A model generated the notes under the pieces. It did no database searches and had not been told where the DNA came from. It worked only from the letters and a program-made list of their open reading frames with translations. This document shows positions 63,138 to 64,000 of a stretch of DNA of 64,000 bases, piece by piece. The DNA lies in contig DASXXU010000116.1 in assembly GCA_036502885.1 (NCBI GenBank), forward strand, positions 740 to 64,739. Reading direction: 5' to 3'. Position 1 is the stretch's first letter. Each line of letters begins with the position of its first letter. A program made the position numbers and the translations under genes. Origin of the DNA: Candidatus Tumulicola sp. (GTDB taxonomy: Bacteria; Vulcanimicrobiota; Vulcanimicrobiia; Vulcanimicrobiales; Vulcanimicrobiaceae).

Positions 63138-64000
63138 AATATTTCGTTTTCGTTCTACTAAGCGTCATCGCCGCGACCGCGTCGCCGCTTCGCACGGTCG
63201 CGCAAACCGCAACGCCGTCTGCAAGTCCAAGCCCGGCCGCGAGTCCAAGCGCGGCCGCAAGTCGGAGCCCGGTCGCGTCGCCGGCTTCTCCGAAACCACC
63301 CAACTCTGAAGCCGCACCGGCGCCCGCGAAGCCCACGCCGGCCGCATCGCCGACCCCGACACCGGGGCCACCGTTCGCAAACATGCAATGGCGCGAAATC
63401 GGACCGGCGGCCGGCGGCGGACGCGTCGCTGCCGTCGCGGGCTCGGCTACCAATCCGAAGTTATACTACGTCGGCAGCGCCGGCGGCGGCGTGTGGAAGT
63501 CCGAAAACAGCGGCCAAACGTGGGACCCGGTATTCGACAAGCAACCGGTGGCGGCAATCGGTGCCGTAACCATCGACCCGACCGACGACAAAACGGTTTG
63601 GGTCGGTACCGGCGAGTCCAACCCGCGTAACGATGTTTCGTACGGCGATGGCGTGTATAAAACGACCAACGGCGGTGACGACTGGACCAATACCGGGCTG
63701 CGTGGGACGAAATACATCGCACGCATCGTCGTGGATCCGCGCAATCACAATCACGTGGTCGTCGCGGCACTCGGCGACGCATTTTCCGACAGCACGGAGC
63801 GCGGCATCTACGTAACCGACGATGGCGGGACGACGTGGCGGCGCACCCTGTACGGCGGTCCAAAAAGCGGCGCTTCGGACGTTGCGATGGATCCGCAAAA
63901 TCCAAGCGTTCTGTATGCGGGCATCTGGGAGTTCCGGCGGCAACCGTGGACCTTTCAGAGCGGGGGCGATGACGACGGCGTATATAAATCGACCGACGGC
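63134..64000 (+). CDS. BNR/Asp-box repeat (sortilin/VPS10-like) secreted protein, N-terminal part only
   Basis: Edge-truncated, so absent from the ORF track. My own translation gives MKYFVFVLLSVIAATASPL..., a Ser/Pro/Ala linker, then Asp-boxes 'SENSGQTW', 'TTNGGDDW' and 'TDDGGTTW'. ATGA overlap with the upstream stop. Confidence 0.8.
   Translation, partial: MKYFVFVLLSVIAATASPLRTVAQTATPSASPSPAASPSAAASRSPVASPASPKPPNSEAAPAPAKPTPAASPTPTPGPPFANMQWREIGPAAGGGRVAAVAGSATNPKLYYVGSAGGGVWKSENSGQTWDPVFDKQPVAAIGAVTIDPTDDKTVWVGTGESNPRNDVSYGDGVYKTTNGGDDWTNTGLRGTKYIARIVVDPRNHNHVVVAALGDAFSDSTERGIYVTDDGGTTWRRTLYGGPKSGASDVAMDPQNPSVLYAGIWEFRRQPWTFQSGGDDDGVYKSTDG
63221..63274 (+). repeat. Imperfect 3 x 18-bp tandem repeat encoding the Ser/Pro/Ala linker of the BNR protein
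   Basis: gcaagtccaagcccggcc / gcgagtccaagcgcggcc / gcaagtcggagcccggtc, encoding ASPSPA ASPSAA ASRSPV. Confidence 0.75.

Overview
This is a 64-kb, high-GC (by eye about 60-65 %, not computed), gene-dense stretch of a bacterial chromosome. I call about 78 CDS. Two of them are edge-truncated and therefore absent from the ORF track. I saw no rRNA, tRNA, CRISPR array, transposase, integrase or phage structural gene. An outer-membrane beta-barrel, a TonB-like protein and many lipobox proteins suggest a diderm organism. UbiE-type, polyprenyl synthase and UbiD/UbiA genes, a b6-type cytochrome and System II cytochrome c maturation suggest menaquinol-based respiration. Main blocks: (1) 1271-15509, one co-directional array: quinone methyltransferase, prenyl synthase, tatA, tatC, resB, ccsA, Rieske, fused cytochrome b-c, hemC-B-L-A-D, DUF92, MT-A70. 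(2) 15.5-29 kb, mixed housekeeping and accessory genes: arginase operon, ilvE, GAF-PP2C, YceI, two paralogous lipoproteins, PolX, a Walker-A-less ABC-like pair. (3) 29-31 kb, a translationally coupled FMN-reductase/Rieske/HTH/Cys-less PfpI operon. (4) rpsO and pnp, separated by an inverted protease plus split-transketolase block. (5) 37-46 kb: outer-membrane protein, TPR, cupredoxin, two-component system, UbiD/UbiA, orphan binding protein. (6) 46-50 kb: a YtrA-type GntR/ABC operon with a small upstream ORF and palindromic operator, and a divergent M48-RDD protein. (7) 50-64 kb: redox, lipid and metal genes, a crcB-DUF190 operon, a 6TM channel with an altered filter, and a BNR protein. All functional calls rest on motif and architecture recognition in the translated ORFs, with no database search. 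Several starts were re-picked inside the longest ORFs. Hairpin and promoter coordinates are hand-indexed and may be off by 1-2 nt. I found no convincing stand-alone new system such as a defence island. The most unusual items are the respiratory supra-operon with its triple-fused cytochrome, the start-less hemC N-terminus, the dead-ATPase ABC pair, the redox operon with a nucleophile-less PfpI, and the small ORF plus operator of the YtrA operon.
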